A stretch of DNA of 57,854 bases, filler included, from Malacoraja senta (lineage: Eukaryota): the NCBI GenBank assembly GCA_038087875.1. It is 3 parts of 3 records of this genome, joined end to end, with 100 filler letters (N's around TTAATTAATTAA, not from the genome) between each part and the next. Parts side by side here need not be neighbours in the genome. Positions count along the whole stretch, not along the records: positions 1 to 20,834 come from JAXLNO010005225.1; positions 20,935 to 40,660 come from JAXLNO010003772.1; 1 more part is not named here. One strand, written 5' to 3'. This document shows, in pieces, positions 12,731 through 26,640 of the stretch. A program made the translations under genes and the position numbers. How positions within the stretch are numbered: the first letter of the stretch is position 1; every line of letters begins with the position of its first letter. The notes beneath the pieces are model-generated. The model was not told where the DNA came from, did not search any database, and was given only the letters and a program-made list of their open reading frames with translations.

Positions 12731-13322
12731 TGGATGTCTCCAATGGTGGGAGAGTCTACGACGAGAGGTCATAGTCTCAATATTAAAGGACATTCCTTTA
12801 GGAAAGAGATGAGGATGAATTTATTTTGTCAGAGGGTGGTGATTCAATGGATATTTTTAATTCTTGATTAGTATGCACGTCAGGGGTTATGGGGAGAAGG
12901 CAGGAGAATGGGGTTAGGAGGGAGAGATAGATCAGCCATGATTGACTGGCGAAGTCGACTTGATGGGCCGAATGTTCTAATGCTGCAGCCATCACTTATG
13001 ACCTTATGACTCAGTTGGCTTCCTCCATGTGCTCCAGTTTTGTCCCATATACCAAAGACGTGCCAGTGAGTTAGTTGGACATTGCAAATTATCCGTCGTG
13101 GAGCTGAATGTAAGGAGAATCCGAGGGAGCTGAGTGCAAGTTGTGAGAGAGAGCAGTGGAACGGTTTGTCGACATTGCATAGAAAACTAGCATAGAATCA
13201 ATGGGCCGAATGACCTTTCCCTCTGTCATGATTGGGTCAGAGATAATATGACTCATTGCCTCAGAGTGAAATATTACTCATTGCCTACCATCACAAAACA
13301 ACATCCTTTGTTCTGAACTCAC

Positions 13323-13598
13323 CTTTTCTGGTCAGGTATGTCTTTCCAATTGCATAGTATGTAAGCCATAGATCCACACAGTCATGTTCTAACAAGCTCT
13401 TGAAATAACGGTTCATTTTTTCATTCTTGTCCCATTTCTCTTTGAAGGTCTCAGCTATTGGATCATGCACCGTCCACTTTAGTTTGTCCTTATCAAAACT
13501 AAATGCATATCTTCCATCAAAAGCCAACTTCAATATCCCTACAGTGGGACTGTGATCGTCCACCTCACAACCAAACTGTCCTTGAACGTAGTGATAAT
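13323..13598 (-). CDS. MHC class I-like alpha-2 domain exon (non-classical)
   Basis: 276-bp phase 1-1 exon, acceptor atttttatttcag, donor G|gtgagt; no stops. DYHYVQGQFGCEVDDHSPTVGILKLAFDGRYAFSFDKDKLKWTVHDPIAETFKEKWDKNEKMNRYFKSLLEHDCVDLWLTYYAIGKTYLTRK has the class I alpha-2 pattern H..Q...GC, A.DG, W, KW, LE..C, Y...GK. Confidence 0.93.
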
Positions 13599-13759
13599 CT
13601 GAAATAAAAATAAAAATCATTATTTGATTAATTGTTATGACTGGGTAATTTCTGAACACCAGGGTACAAGTTATTTATATATGTCACAAGTAGCAAGGGT
13701 CACAGCATAGATCCCTGTGACAACTCTACTTGTCACTGAACTACAGCCTGAATATTTGG

Positions 13760-14215
13760 CCTTCCGTACAACTGTAGAGACCATATTATTGTATGGGTGT
13801 GATGCATGGACTCTCACTCCAGCACTGTCCTAGTCTCTTGATGGTACCTACACCCGAATGCTCGGAAAAGTTTAAAATGTCAGATGGAGGGACCACATCA
13901 CCAACGCCCAGCTCTATGGGGAGAATCCACCTCTGACCGAGAAGATCACGTTGAGAAGGATGAGGCTCGCAGGTCACTGGCTCCATTACCCAGAAATGCC
14001 AGCGAACAAGGTTGTGCTGTGGGAACCCACCCATGGAAGACTTGACCCACGACGGCCAATCAAGATGATGGTGAAGACGTTGATGGAAGACGCATGTGTA
14101 GAGATAAAAAAGGCGCTTGCCAGTTGCATGAAGGAGAGATGTGTGGTGCATCCGTCACCGTGCCCGTCGGAAACCAGCACGGCACTAATGTTTTCAATGA
14201 TTATTATTATCATCC
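13760..14215 (+). mobile_element. Decayed RTE-type LINE 3' fragment
   Basis: VETILLYGCDAWTL...TRML...RRMRLAGHW...KVVLWEPTHG pattern across frames. Confidence 0.6.
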
Positions 14216-14335
14216 ACTACACCCCTCTGTCCTGAGGATTTATCCACATTTCTCTTCAAGTGATCCAACATCTTCTTCTTGCTTAACTTCAAAGTGTCCC
14301 TGCATGTTAGCATTCTCCACATTGATTCTCCATGT

Positions 14336-15162
14336 GTAAGAAAGAACTGCAGATGCTGCAGATGTTAAAATCGAAGAGAGACACAAAATGCTGGCGTAAC
14401 TCAGCGGGTCAGGCAGCTTCCCTGGAGAGATGGAATGGGCATCGTTTTGGGTCGAGACCCTTCTTCATACTGATGTCAGGGGAGGGACAAAGATAGAATG
14501 TCGGCGGAGACAGTAAGACTGGTGGGAGAATTGGGAAGGGGGAGGGGATGGAGAGAGAAATCAAGGGCTATCGAAAGTTATAGAAGTCAATGTTCATACC
14601 GCTGGAGTATAGACTACCAAAGCGAAATATGAGGTGCTGTTCCTCCAATTTGTGCTGGGCCACACTCTGACAATGGAGGAGGCCCAGAACAGAAAGGTCA
14701 GATTGGGAATGGGAGGGGGAGTTGAAGTGCTGAGCCACCGGGAGATCGGGTAGGGTAGGACGGACTGAGGGGAAGTGTTCAGCAAAACGATCGCCGAGCC
14801 TGCGCTTGGTCTCACTGATGTAGAGAAGTTGACAACTGAAACAGTGGATACAGTAGATGAGGTTGGAAGAGGTGCAAGTGAACTTCTGCCTCACCTGGAA
14901 AGACTTTTGGTCCTTGGACGGAGTCGAGGGGGGACGTAAAGGGACAGGTGTTGCATCTCCGGCGGTTGCAGGGGAAAGTAGCCGGGGAGCGGGTGGTTTG
15001 GGTGTGAAGGGACAAGTTGACCAGGGAGTTTCGGAGGGAACGGTCTCTGCGGAAAGCAGAAAGGGGTGGAGATGGGAAGATGTGATCAGTAGTGGGATCC
15101 CGTTGGAGGTGGCAAAAATGATGGAGGATTTTATGATGTACGTACTATTAATAGTCCTTACT
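14336..15162 (-). mobile_element. Penelope-like element fragment with GIY-YIG endonuclease
   Basis: ORF 14568-15221: FTCTSSNLIYCIHC..C.LLYISETKRRLGDRFAEH...AQHFNSPSH; putative 11-bp TSD attctccatgt (14325-14335, 15163-15173). Confidence 0.75.
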
Positions 15163-15259
15163 ATTCTCCATGTCTTCCTTGGTGAAACCAAACCTCGCCT
15201 ATATCCACAAACTCCAAGCACATATTCCCTTCTATATCCTTAAGCAATCCACCTTTTGC

Positions 15260-15960
15260 TGCAATGGTTGCCTCGCCAACAGTATGTCTGTCCCTTCCTT
15301 CTTTGTGTCCATTTTGTATGTGTTAAATGTATATTCTTTCGTGTTCTTTTGCTTGTTTTGGGGGGGGGGGGGGTTGGGGGAGTTGTGGGAAACTTTTCCT
15401 AATCTCTTACCTCGACGTTGATGCGATATTTTCTGTATCGTATCTCCGTCCACAATGCGGCCTAACATTGAGGAATGGCGGCCTTTGCTAGAGATCGACC
15501 GGGCGATCCATCGCAGGAGCCTGTGGACTTACCATCATGGAGCTCGCGATCCCTGTCGGGGATCGACTTTAGGGCTCCAACTGTGAGAGCCTGCAAGACT
15601 TTAACATCGCGGAGCCCGCGGTCCCAGGTCGAGACCGACATCCGGGACCTCCAAGCCGCAGGAGTTTCGACCGCTCCGACCGCTCCGATGTGGGAGTTTT
15701 GATTCCCCAACGGGGGTTTCGACCACCGACTGCAGATTGTTTGACTGCCCCGACCGCGGGAGATAAAGAGGAAGGAGATTAGACTTTATTGCCTTCTATC
15801 ACAGTGAGGAACGTGCGGGCTCCTCTGTTGTGGATGTTTATGTTAACTTTTACGTTATTGTGTGTCTTGTTGCTTTCTTTTTGTATGGTGTATGGTAGTC
15901 TGCATTTCAATGTACCTTAATTGGTATATGTGACAATAAACTAACCATGAAACCTTGAAA
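15260..15960 (+). repeat. GC-rich interspersed repeat family (copy 2)
   Basis: ttgccttctatcacagtg motif and gtgacaataaa end, as in 1885-2715. Confidence 0.5.
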
Positions 15961-16165
15961 AAGATGTGGGATTTTCTGTAATCCGACTCACTAAAGCCAC
16001 TTTGTGGCCTTTATTAGCCCCTTTGGTTTTAAGCTTTAGAGCAGTGGTTCTTAATCTTTTTGGCCCCACGACCCCATCAGGCATTCTTGATCAGTACCGT
16101 GACCTCTAAAACAAAATTTGAAAAAAAACAGCCTGATTTATTAAAACATGTCTGCCAATGCTCAG

Positions 16166-17918
<1,753 letters not shown>

Positions 17919-19385
17919 GGTTCACAACACACACTGTTTGTGCGTGTATACGCAGGGCCTCACAGGAATTTTATCAGTGGGTACAAAGTTTCTTTTGGCC
18001 CCCCTTCCCTTCTCCATTAGTCATCCTGTTTTTATCCACTATGCTACAGTTTTATGCCATGAGCTGTAGCCTGCACGGCAAAAAGGGGTATGGAAGATGA
18101 GAGAGGGGTGGATGGGGCGCTCTGTTGATTTTCTGCATTTGAGGCCTTATGTCCCTATACACCCTCCATGATAAATATAAATACATATAAATAACATAAA
18201 AGGATCAGCAAGCACATTTGTTTTCCTTCACTCTATAGGATGCTGCCTCACCCATTGAGTTTCTCCAGCATTTTATCTACCTTTGTTTTGAACATCTTTG
18301 TTTATGCTACAATACAGATAAGGAGAAAGAATTCACATTGAAACATCCTTTTATATTTAACCGCAAAACCGCTGGCCTGTGGCCTATAACATCCTGAAGC
18401 TGCGGTCTCCAGTAGGAAAGTGCCGAGTCGGGACCTCCAAGCCGCAGAGTGTGTTTGTCCGTCCCAACATCGGAGTTTGGATCATCCTGACGAGAGGGCC
18501 TTGTACATTGGTCCGTCCCTAGATGCGACTACGGAGGGGTTATGGCCCCGAACACAGGTGAACAAAGGAGGAGGACTGGCTGAAACTTGTTGCCTTCCAC
18601 CACAGTGAAGAATGCTGTAGTGGATGTTTGTGTTCAATTTTATTGTGTATTGTGTGTTCTTTTTACGTGTATCACTGCTGGCAAATTCACTTCACTGCAC
18701 CTTCGGGTGTATGTGATGAATAAAACTGACTTTAACTTTGAATACTTAGCCTGGCCAAATCCACAAGACGTTCATGAGACATTGTCGACCTTAAATAATT
18801 CTTAATCAGCTTGAGTTTGCTAAATGACCTCTGCAGAAGCTACTGTTTGCTGGAATTGTTAAATAGTATTCTGAAGCTAACACAAACATTTGGAAACAGG
18901 TTACCAAGTCAATAGTCTGTTAACAAGTTCAACAGATCTAATGGTTTTAACTTCATTTATAAAATTCACCCTCCCACTAACACACATACACTCAGACACA
19001 CACTCACTCACCTACTCACATACACCCACACACATCCACACACACACACACACACCCTCACCCACTCACTCACACCCACCCATCCACACACTGACCCAAA
19101 CCCAGGCCCGGACCACTGAAACAGCCGCGGCTCCTGACTCTCACCACCTCCCCGGGCGAGGCCACCGCAGCCACTGTCGCCAACCTTCACCGTCTTCAGA
19201 AAGCCAATGATGCTGCTGCCTATATCTCTACTCCAGCTCCCCACGGGCCTCCACCAGCGACTCTGCCGACCCTCGCCTCTCCACCTGCCACCAGCGGGCC
19301 AGAGCCGTCACCTCACCAGAGTTCCCAGCATAGCACCAGGCCCACAACCTAAACCATGCAGACAGCACATGGTCCGATTGCTGGC

Positions 19386-19743
19386 TCCTAGTGCTCTCCC
19401 CTCCTTCTCCTACAGGGAAGATCCATCAGTATTGATGACTCTGTTGGGTCCTAGTGCTCCCCCCCCTCCCTCCTACAGGGAAGACCCATCAATAGTGATG
19501 ACTCTGCTGGGTCCTAGTGCTCTCCCCCCTCCTACAGGGAAGATCCATCAGTAGTGATGACTCTGTTGGGTCCTAGTGCTCCCCCTCCCTCCTACAGGGA
19601 AGACCCATCAGTAGTGATGACTCTGCTGGCTCCTAGTGCTCTCCCCCCTCCTACAAAGAAGATCCATCAGTAGTGATGACTCTGCTGGGTCCTAGTGCTC
19701 CACCCCCGCGCCCTCCTACAGGGAAGATCCATCAGTAGTGATG
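19386..19743. repeat. Minisatellite, 6 x ~59-63 bp
   Basis: tcctagtgct-(C-rich)-ctcctacagggaaga(t/c)ccatcagtagtgatgactctg(t/c)tgg repeated six times. Confidence 0.9.
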
Positions 19744-20834
19744 GGTCTTCCCCTTCCCCCTCTTTTAATCAGGTTACCCCGACCACACACCCGCCAGTTA
19801 AAATTCCCTGCTTTATTACGGATCACAATTTCTACGAATTACGATATATAAAACTCTGAAGGCACAAAATGTGAATGCTAGTCTTCACAAAATATATGTA
19901 AACATTTTCTGAGATTTCACGAAATTCCCACCCCCCCTCCTTCAGCTCCAGGGCTCCTATTGGACTCTGGGCCCGGGTACGATGTACCCCCTGCACCCCC
20001 CCTCTCATAGGCCCTATGTATATGTAAGCGCATACGTGAACAAAATACTGTGTGTGGTATGTACCTTTGTTAGGTTCCTAAAAATAGGCTCAACAAATTG
20101 ATGTTCTTTACAACCCCTTCATGACCCCCGGAAAAACCCCAAACGGCCCCCATGGGGGTCATGACCCCCAGGTTAAGAACCACTGCTTTGGAGATACAGT
20201 GCTGAAACAGGCCCTTCAGCTCACACTAGGGACAATTTACAATTATACCAAGCCAATTTACCTACATCTCAGAGAAAAGCCACACAGGTTACGGGGAGAA
20301 CATGCAAACTCCGTACAGTCACCACTCGTAGTCGGGTTCAAACCCGGGTCTCTGGTGCTGCAAGGCAGCAACTCGTGTAAGGCCACGATCTCTTGGCTTT
20401 GCTTATAGTTATTATCATGTTTTATCTTCTATTGTGTTCTTTTTGCTTATTGCATATAAACAAATGTAAAGCTGCACATAAGGTTGGATCTTTTCGAGGC
20501 CCGAGCTGACCCATCTTTTACCACAAATATCTATATTTAGAGAAACATAGATATAATAAGGCTCACCCCTCATGGGCATTGAAGGCTCCATATTTCTATA
20601 AAATATGGAGACCATTAAGCTGTTCACTGCCAAGTTTATTTTTCACTATTGGCCATGATCCCTAGTGTACTCGGCGGTGGCATTGAACAGGTTAAGGATA
20701 TCCAGTGATGTGTAGCTGCGCTACCCTTCCTTGGTATTTTTAAGGGCCTGTCCCACTTACGTGTCCTTGGCACACAAATTATGCGACCTCGTGGTGGCGT
20801 TGAGGCTCACGGGCATCGTATGGCCGCGCGGGAC

Positions 20835-20934
20835 NNNNNNNNNNNNNNNNNNNNNNNNNNNNNNNNNNNNNNNNNNNNTTAATTAATTAANNNNNNNNNN
20901 NNNNNNNNNNNNNNNNNNNNNNNNNNNNNNNNNN
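20835..20934. other. Assembly gap / artificial contig spacer
   Basis: 44 N + TTAATTAATTAA (stops in all six frames) + 44 N; identical to 40661-40760. Confidence 0.95.
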
Positions 20935-21188
20935 CTCAACTTTGTCCCCCTCCGTCCCCACCTCAATGAGTTTCGCGCCCGCCTCGATTTGGAGCTCTTC
21001 TTCCCTCGCCTCCGCCTCACACCGTTCTTCCATGGGAAGGAGTCCTCGCCCCCATTGATGATTCCTTTTCCCGTCTCGAACAGACCCCATCCTCTTGTAC
21101 CCCCCCCCCCCCTCATGGCCATTGGGATAGTCGATGACGGAGTTGAAGGAAAAGAGAGTAAAGGGAGGGTTAATGACCCCCAGAATTG
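20935..21188 (+). mobile_element. Penelope-like element fragment (pre-RT region) cut by the contig end
   Basis: LNFVPLRPHLNEFRARLDLELFFPRLRLTPFFHGKE resembles the F.R..RL..FF region of Penelope-like ORFs. Confidence 0.5.
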
Positions 21189-24100
21189 ATCCTCTCCACA
21201 TCCACTCTATCCAAGCTTTTCACTATTTGGTATGATTCAATGAGGTCCCCCCTTATTCTTTTAAAATCCAGATAGTACAGGTCCACTGCCATCAAATGCT
21301 CATCATATGTTAACCCATTCATTCCTGGGATCATTCTTGTACACCTCCTCTGGACCCTCTATAGAGCCAGCACATCCTTCCTCAGATATGGTGCCCAAAA
21401 TTGCTCACAATGCTCCAAATGTGGCTTGACTGGTGCCTCATAGAACCTCAGCATTACATCCCTGCTTGACAGGGAGAAAATGCAATTGATGTCTTTCATA
21501 TTAGTTAACCATGGATTTTCTTGACCACAGTTGACAGCCCCTAATGGGATTGCATCTCTTTCACACATCTCTATAGAGCATCGCGTTAAGCTTCGAAGGG
21601 CAAAATTTACACGAGTTGTGCAGGTCAAGTGTTTTTTTGCAGAGAGAGCTTGATACCTAGAATGCGCTACCAGGAGTGGTGGTAGAGGAGGACATGATAA
21701 TGGTGCTTCAGAAGGTTTGGACAGGCTTGTGGTTATGCAGGGAATACAAGGATATGGATCACATGCAGGCAGTGGAGATTAGTTTTGGTTTAGTTTGGAG
21801 ATAGAGTATGGCAACAGGAACTTTGGGCCACTGAGTCCGCACTGACCAGCAATTGCCCATTCACTATTTCTGTCCGACAAGCTAGGGACAATTTACAGAA
21901 GCCAATTGACCTACAAACATGCACGTCTTTTGTATTTGGGAGGAAACCGGAGCCCCCAGAGAAAACCCACAGGGTGACAGAGGGAACGTACAAACTCCGT
22001 CCAGACAGCACTCTAGTCAGGATCAAACCCGGGTCTCTAATGCTGTAAGACAGCCACTCTATCACTGTGCCTCTGTGTTGCCTTAATTTAACTTGGTATC
22101 CTGTTCGACATGGACATTGCAGGCTGAAAGTCCTGTTCTTGTACTGTTCTATGTTCTATATATTCTCATTGGACAGGGCAGGGATATGTTTTCCACTCCT
22201 CCAGCCTCCATGTTGAATACTTACTCCCAGTTTAAATCTGATTCAATTAGCCCCCATTCTATATCTTGAAGTAGTCATTCCCTTTTTCACTCCCTGGTCT
22301 GTCTACTATCCCCACAACTTTCCTCTACTTTCCTGTCTTGGTGCAAGCAACATCTATCCATTTACCTCTTCCCTTCCCACTGTCCATAGACCCAGGTAGT
22401 TCTTCAAACAGCGTGAAACACTAGCACTTCCAGTCAAATCTACTGCATTTCGTTTTCATGACGTTATCTTGCACATGGCATCAATGAAACAAATTGAGTG
22501 GCTGCTTTCTGGAGAACCCGCATTCAATCCATGGGACTTTCTAAGATTCCTAATTCCTGCCACTTTAATTCTCCATTCAACACCCACCATAATCCATCCA
22601 TCTGTACCTCTTACACTAGGATAACAAGGGTGAAAGTAACCTTGAGGACCAACAACTCAGCTTCTGTCTGGACATGTTGCAGCCTTTCAAACTCAATTCC
22701 ACATTCAACGAGTTGCATTCCCTGTCGATAAAAGAACTGGTCATTTCAACTGTTAAGTTGAAGTCAGAAAGAACAGATGCAAGAAGTAGGAAACAAGATC
22801 CCAAGCTGAAAGATTACATAACCATGTCTTCCAGATGCTGCCTGAGTCACTGAGTTACACCTGCACGTTTTTGTGTTTTTTAAAATTACAGTTAAGTTAT
22901 CCACCTGCAAAATCAGGACAGCCTGACCTACTTGAGTACTGCAGTATGTCTGCATTTTATATAACTCTGTTTAGTTTCATGCATGCAGAGATGCAGTGAA
23001 ATGGTTTGGATGGAACAGCAGATGCTGGACACCCCGTCCCTTCTCTCCAGAGATGCTGCCTGTCCCGCTGAGTTACTCCAGCTTTTTGTGTCTATCTGCA
23101 GTGAAATGGTTGTTCTGCATTCTCTCCAGTCAAGTCATACTGTACATAAGTACAATACGTCCACTTCTGGAACAGCACGCAGAGATCCACCACATTCCAG
23201 GACTGTCTTGCAGCTTCCAAGTCTCTGAAAAGTCTGATTTTGCCATAAGGAAATACCCAATTTCTCATTTTCTCATGTTAAGGCCCAGTGTCATAACAGC
23301 ACTGGATTGATGAAGTAGAGGCGCCTGCCTCAGTTTACGTTTTCTGTTTCAAGATTGTGATCAAACCCTCGTCACTGGAACTGTGCCGCAGTGCCACCCA
23401 TTACGCATCAGTCCCAATTATCTTTCAACATGCTGGAATCACTTGTTTTTTATCCTTTTAGACTTTTTTCATGAATTGTTCAACATAAACAGTTATGCTA
23501 CAACAGTTAAGCGCAGCTACCACTTTGTTCCAGAGACGTAACAACATAAGAGATAGTGTTGGAAGAATGATCAAACTCACACATAGTGGTTAGAATCCAT
23601 AGTCTTTTATTAGTAACTCTGCAGAGGAAACACAAGGTGCTTTCTTCTCAGCATGCTTACTACCAGTCTACCAGAGGGAGGGAGGGAGAGAGAGAGAGAG
23701 TGAGAGAGAGAGAGCTGTCTAACAAGCCTGTGGGCGGAGCCACAGTATGAGTGACACTAATCTACAGATAGGCACAGGGGTAAGTTTTGGTTTATTATTG
23801 TCACGTTTAGTTTCGAGGTACAGCATGGAAATAGGCCTTTTGGCCCACTGAACCTGTGCTGACTAATGACCACCCAAATATTAGTTCTATCCTACACACT
23901 AGGGACAATTTACAGAAGCCAAAAAACGTACAAACCTGCACGTCTTTGAATGTGACGGAACTGCAGCACCCGGAGATAACTCACATGGTCACAGAGAGAA
24001 TATATGAACTCTATATAGACAGCACCCATTGTCAGGATTGAACTTTGGTCTGTGGTACTGTAAGGCAGCAACTTTCCAGGTATAGTTGCATGCTATCCAA
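21189..24100 (+). repeat. Copy B of the duplicated intronic segment (upstream of the alpha-3 exon)
   Basis: Reverse complement of 5965-12478 without the hAT and L1 insertions. Confidence 0.9.
23557..23766 (-). mobile_element. Solo LTR (counterpart of 6299-6463), uninterrupted
   Basis: tgttgg...tctaca flanked by 5-bp TSD gatag (23552-23556, 23767-23771); expanded GA microsatellite inside. Confidence 0.88.
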
Positions 24101-25336
24101 TTGGATGAGATAACAACATACATATATATGATCAAGTCAACTCAAGTACTGAAGGTAGAGCAAAGGGGAAGGTACAGAGTGTGGCATATAGTTCTCAGCA
24201 ATGTAGCACACCAGTTCCATTAGATAAGGGTTTCGACACGAAACGTGACACATTCCTTCTCTCCAGAGATGCTGCCTGACCCGTTGAGTTACTCTAGTAT
24301 TTTGTGTCTATCTGCAGTTTAAACCAGCATCTGCATAGTTCTATAAACAAAGTCCACTGTCTGTAATGGGGTAGTGGTCAATTGGACAGTACCCTAGCTT
24401 ATGGAACGATCATTCAGAAGCCTGATTTTCTCCTCAGTTATCAAGTAAGTCATTTGGTCCTCTAACCTGCCCACCATTCAATATGACCATGGCTGACGTT
24501 CCTCAGGCATCAACTCCTGTTCGGTGCCAGTTCCTCATTGCACTCAATTCTCCAATCTTTCAAAAGTTTAACTACCGCCACATTAAATACTTCCAATGAG
24601 TTTGTCTTCACAAATCTCCGGAGTCAAGAGCGCCAGAGAATGACCACACTCTGCAAAAATAGATTTTGTAAACAAATGACTGGTCTCTTTTATCTCTTAT
24701 TGAAGAGTGAAAATACTGCCAATTTTAAGCTTGTCCCTCCCCAATTGGCCCTCATTTCATAACTTGTCAATTATTTATTATTGTCAATAATGTGCCCTAG
24801 TGAAAAGATTTGCCGTTGGTATTAGTTTATTATTGTCACATGAACTGAGATATAGTCAAAAGTTTGTCTGTGTTATCCAATCAGATCATACTACACATGT
24901 GCAATCAAGCCATCCACAAGTAGATCCGTGCAAAGAGAAAAATATTCAGAGTGCAGAATATCGGGTTACAATATCATAGCATTACAGTTACAGAGAAAGT
25001 GCAGATCACAAAGAGTTGCAAGGATCACAATGAGATTGGTTGGAAGTTCAGGGCAACATCTTATCTTACATGAGAATCATTCAGTAGTCCAATAACAGCG
25101 GGGAAGAAGCTGTTCCTGAATTTAATGGTACGTACTTTCAAACTTCCTTGTGTACTGTCTTAACAGGGAGCATACAATCCCTTTTAAACCACATGGTTGG
25201 TTGATGGGACGAAAGAGGCAAAACGGGGTAGATGTAGACAGTAACTTGGTTGTTGTAGTAGACTGAAGAATATTTTGTGGTGGGTGACTGTGCAAGTTTT
25301 ACTGAAGATGAAAATAACCATCTTACTGTCTTGTAG

Positions 25337-25603
25337 TTTCCCCTGAGGTCACTCTCGCTGCCCGCCCTGATGATCATTCAGTCCTGTACTGCACTGTGTT
25401 TGGATTTAACCCACCGGCCATCAATGTCAGCTGGTTGCAGAATGGTCAACATGTCTCTGAGACCAAATCTTCTGGGGTCATACCCAACAACGATGGAACA
25501 TATCATCTAAGGTCTGTCCTTGAGTATGATCCGTATGATGGGAAACAGTATTCCTGTCATGTCGATCACAGCAGCCTGCCCGGTGGGAAGATCATCATCT
25601 GGC
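25337..25603 (+). CDS. MHC class I-like alpha-3 (Ig C1-set) exon
   Basis: 267-bp phase 1-1 exon, acceptor tcttactgtcttgtag, donor C|gtaaga; (V)SPEVTLAARPDDHSVLYCTVFGFNPPAINVSWLQNGQHVSETKSSGVIPNNDGTYHLRSVLEYDPYDGKQYSCHVDHSSLPGGKIIIW has C..GF.P, W, PN.DGTY and YSCHV.HSSL motifs. Confidence 0.93.
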
Positions 25604-25869
25604 GTAAGAACGTTAAATATTCTTTCATAGATAATCATTATCTTCTGTTGTATCCATTTTAATCATCGTGAATACATCCCATATTCCAAGATGCTTAAAC
25701 TTTCTTTGTTTTGTGGTGTTGCTCTAAGTAATCACGTAATCAGCACCCACTCTCCACATGAGCAGAAGACTTTGTCAACAGAACATTTATCAAAAGTAAA
25801 TAAATAACTAATATACAAGGAAGGAGTATTTGGGATTCTCAGTGGTGGAACTGATATCCATGAAAGGTA

Positions 25870-26640
25870 TGTTTAAATAATAAATGAATCTTGATGTGAT
25901 TAACAGCAAGGCACTGGGGGAGTACATGCCCCAATCCAAATCAATGGTCCGAAGTGGAAATGATTGAGAGCTTCGTGTTCCTTGGCATGAATTTATCCAA
26001 TATTCTGTCATGGACTGGCCACATAGCCAAGGAGGCACACCAACACCTCTACTTCCTCAGGAGACTGAGGATATTCATCATGTCTCTGGTGACTCCAGCA
26101 AACATCTATAGATGCCGCTAGAGAAAGCATGTTGTTGGGTTGCATTACATCTTGATTTGGGAACTGCACTGCCCAAGACTGCAAGAATATACAAAGAGTT
26201 AAAGATCATCACACAGCCCAGACTTCCCACTATTGACCCAATCTACACCAGGTTGCCTTGGAAAACGAGACTTATCCCACCCCGGTCATTCCTCCTTCCT
26301 TCTCCCATCAGGCAATAGGTACTGAAAGTTGAAAATATGCACTGCCAGACTCAGGAACACCCCCTTTTCACCTGTTATCAGGCTTCGGAAGGGTCCTTCC
26401 ATAATGTAGGTTTAAAGCCCGATTCACCTCAACCTCATTGCACATTGAACATTGTCTATGGAACTGATGTGTTATAATGCTGAGAACTATATTCTGTACT
26501 CTGTATTCTCCTCTTTGCTCTATCTATTGTTTTTGAGTTTGTATTTATGTATAGTTTTTATAATTTGTTTGGATAGCATACAAAACAAACCTTAGCTCTG
26601 TATTTTGAAACATCTGGCATTAATAAAACAAAACCTAATG
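25870..26640 (+). mobile_element. Decayed Rex1/Babar-like LINE 3' fragment in the alpha-3/TM intron
   Basis: Degenerate match to 49560-50250 (aaggaggcacaccaacacctctacttcctcaggagactgagg vs gaaagcacatcagccccactacttcctgagaagattacgg). Confidence 0.55.

Noticed and set aside
14216-15255. After removing the Penelope insert, a ~66-codon minus-strand frame (..LEFVDIGEVWF..MLDHLKRNVDKSSG) faintly recalls an alpha-1 domain (EFVxxGxV; PRxxW in another frame)
   Set aside because: No acceptor, no good donor, motif spacing wrong, motifs in different frames, and an open frame of this length is expected by chance.
19008-19244. CpG-rich patch as first or leader exon of the minus-strand class I gene
   Set aside because: It lies inside the TSD-bounded hAT and has no in-frame ATG plus hydrophobic signal; better explained as part of the transposon.
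19386-19743. Regularly spaced repeats resembling a CRISPR array (also 3031-3178)
   Set aside because: Head-to-tail units without unique spacers, eukaryotic context, no cas genes.
20415-20633. Minus-strand ORF with a phase-1 donor (ATG AGG G|gtgagc) as leader or alpha-1 end
   Set aside because: Not hydrophobic, in-frame stop shortly upstream, no class I motifs.
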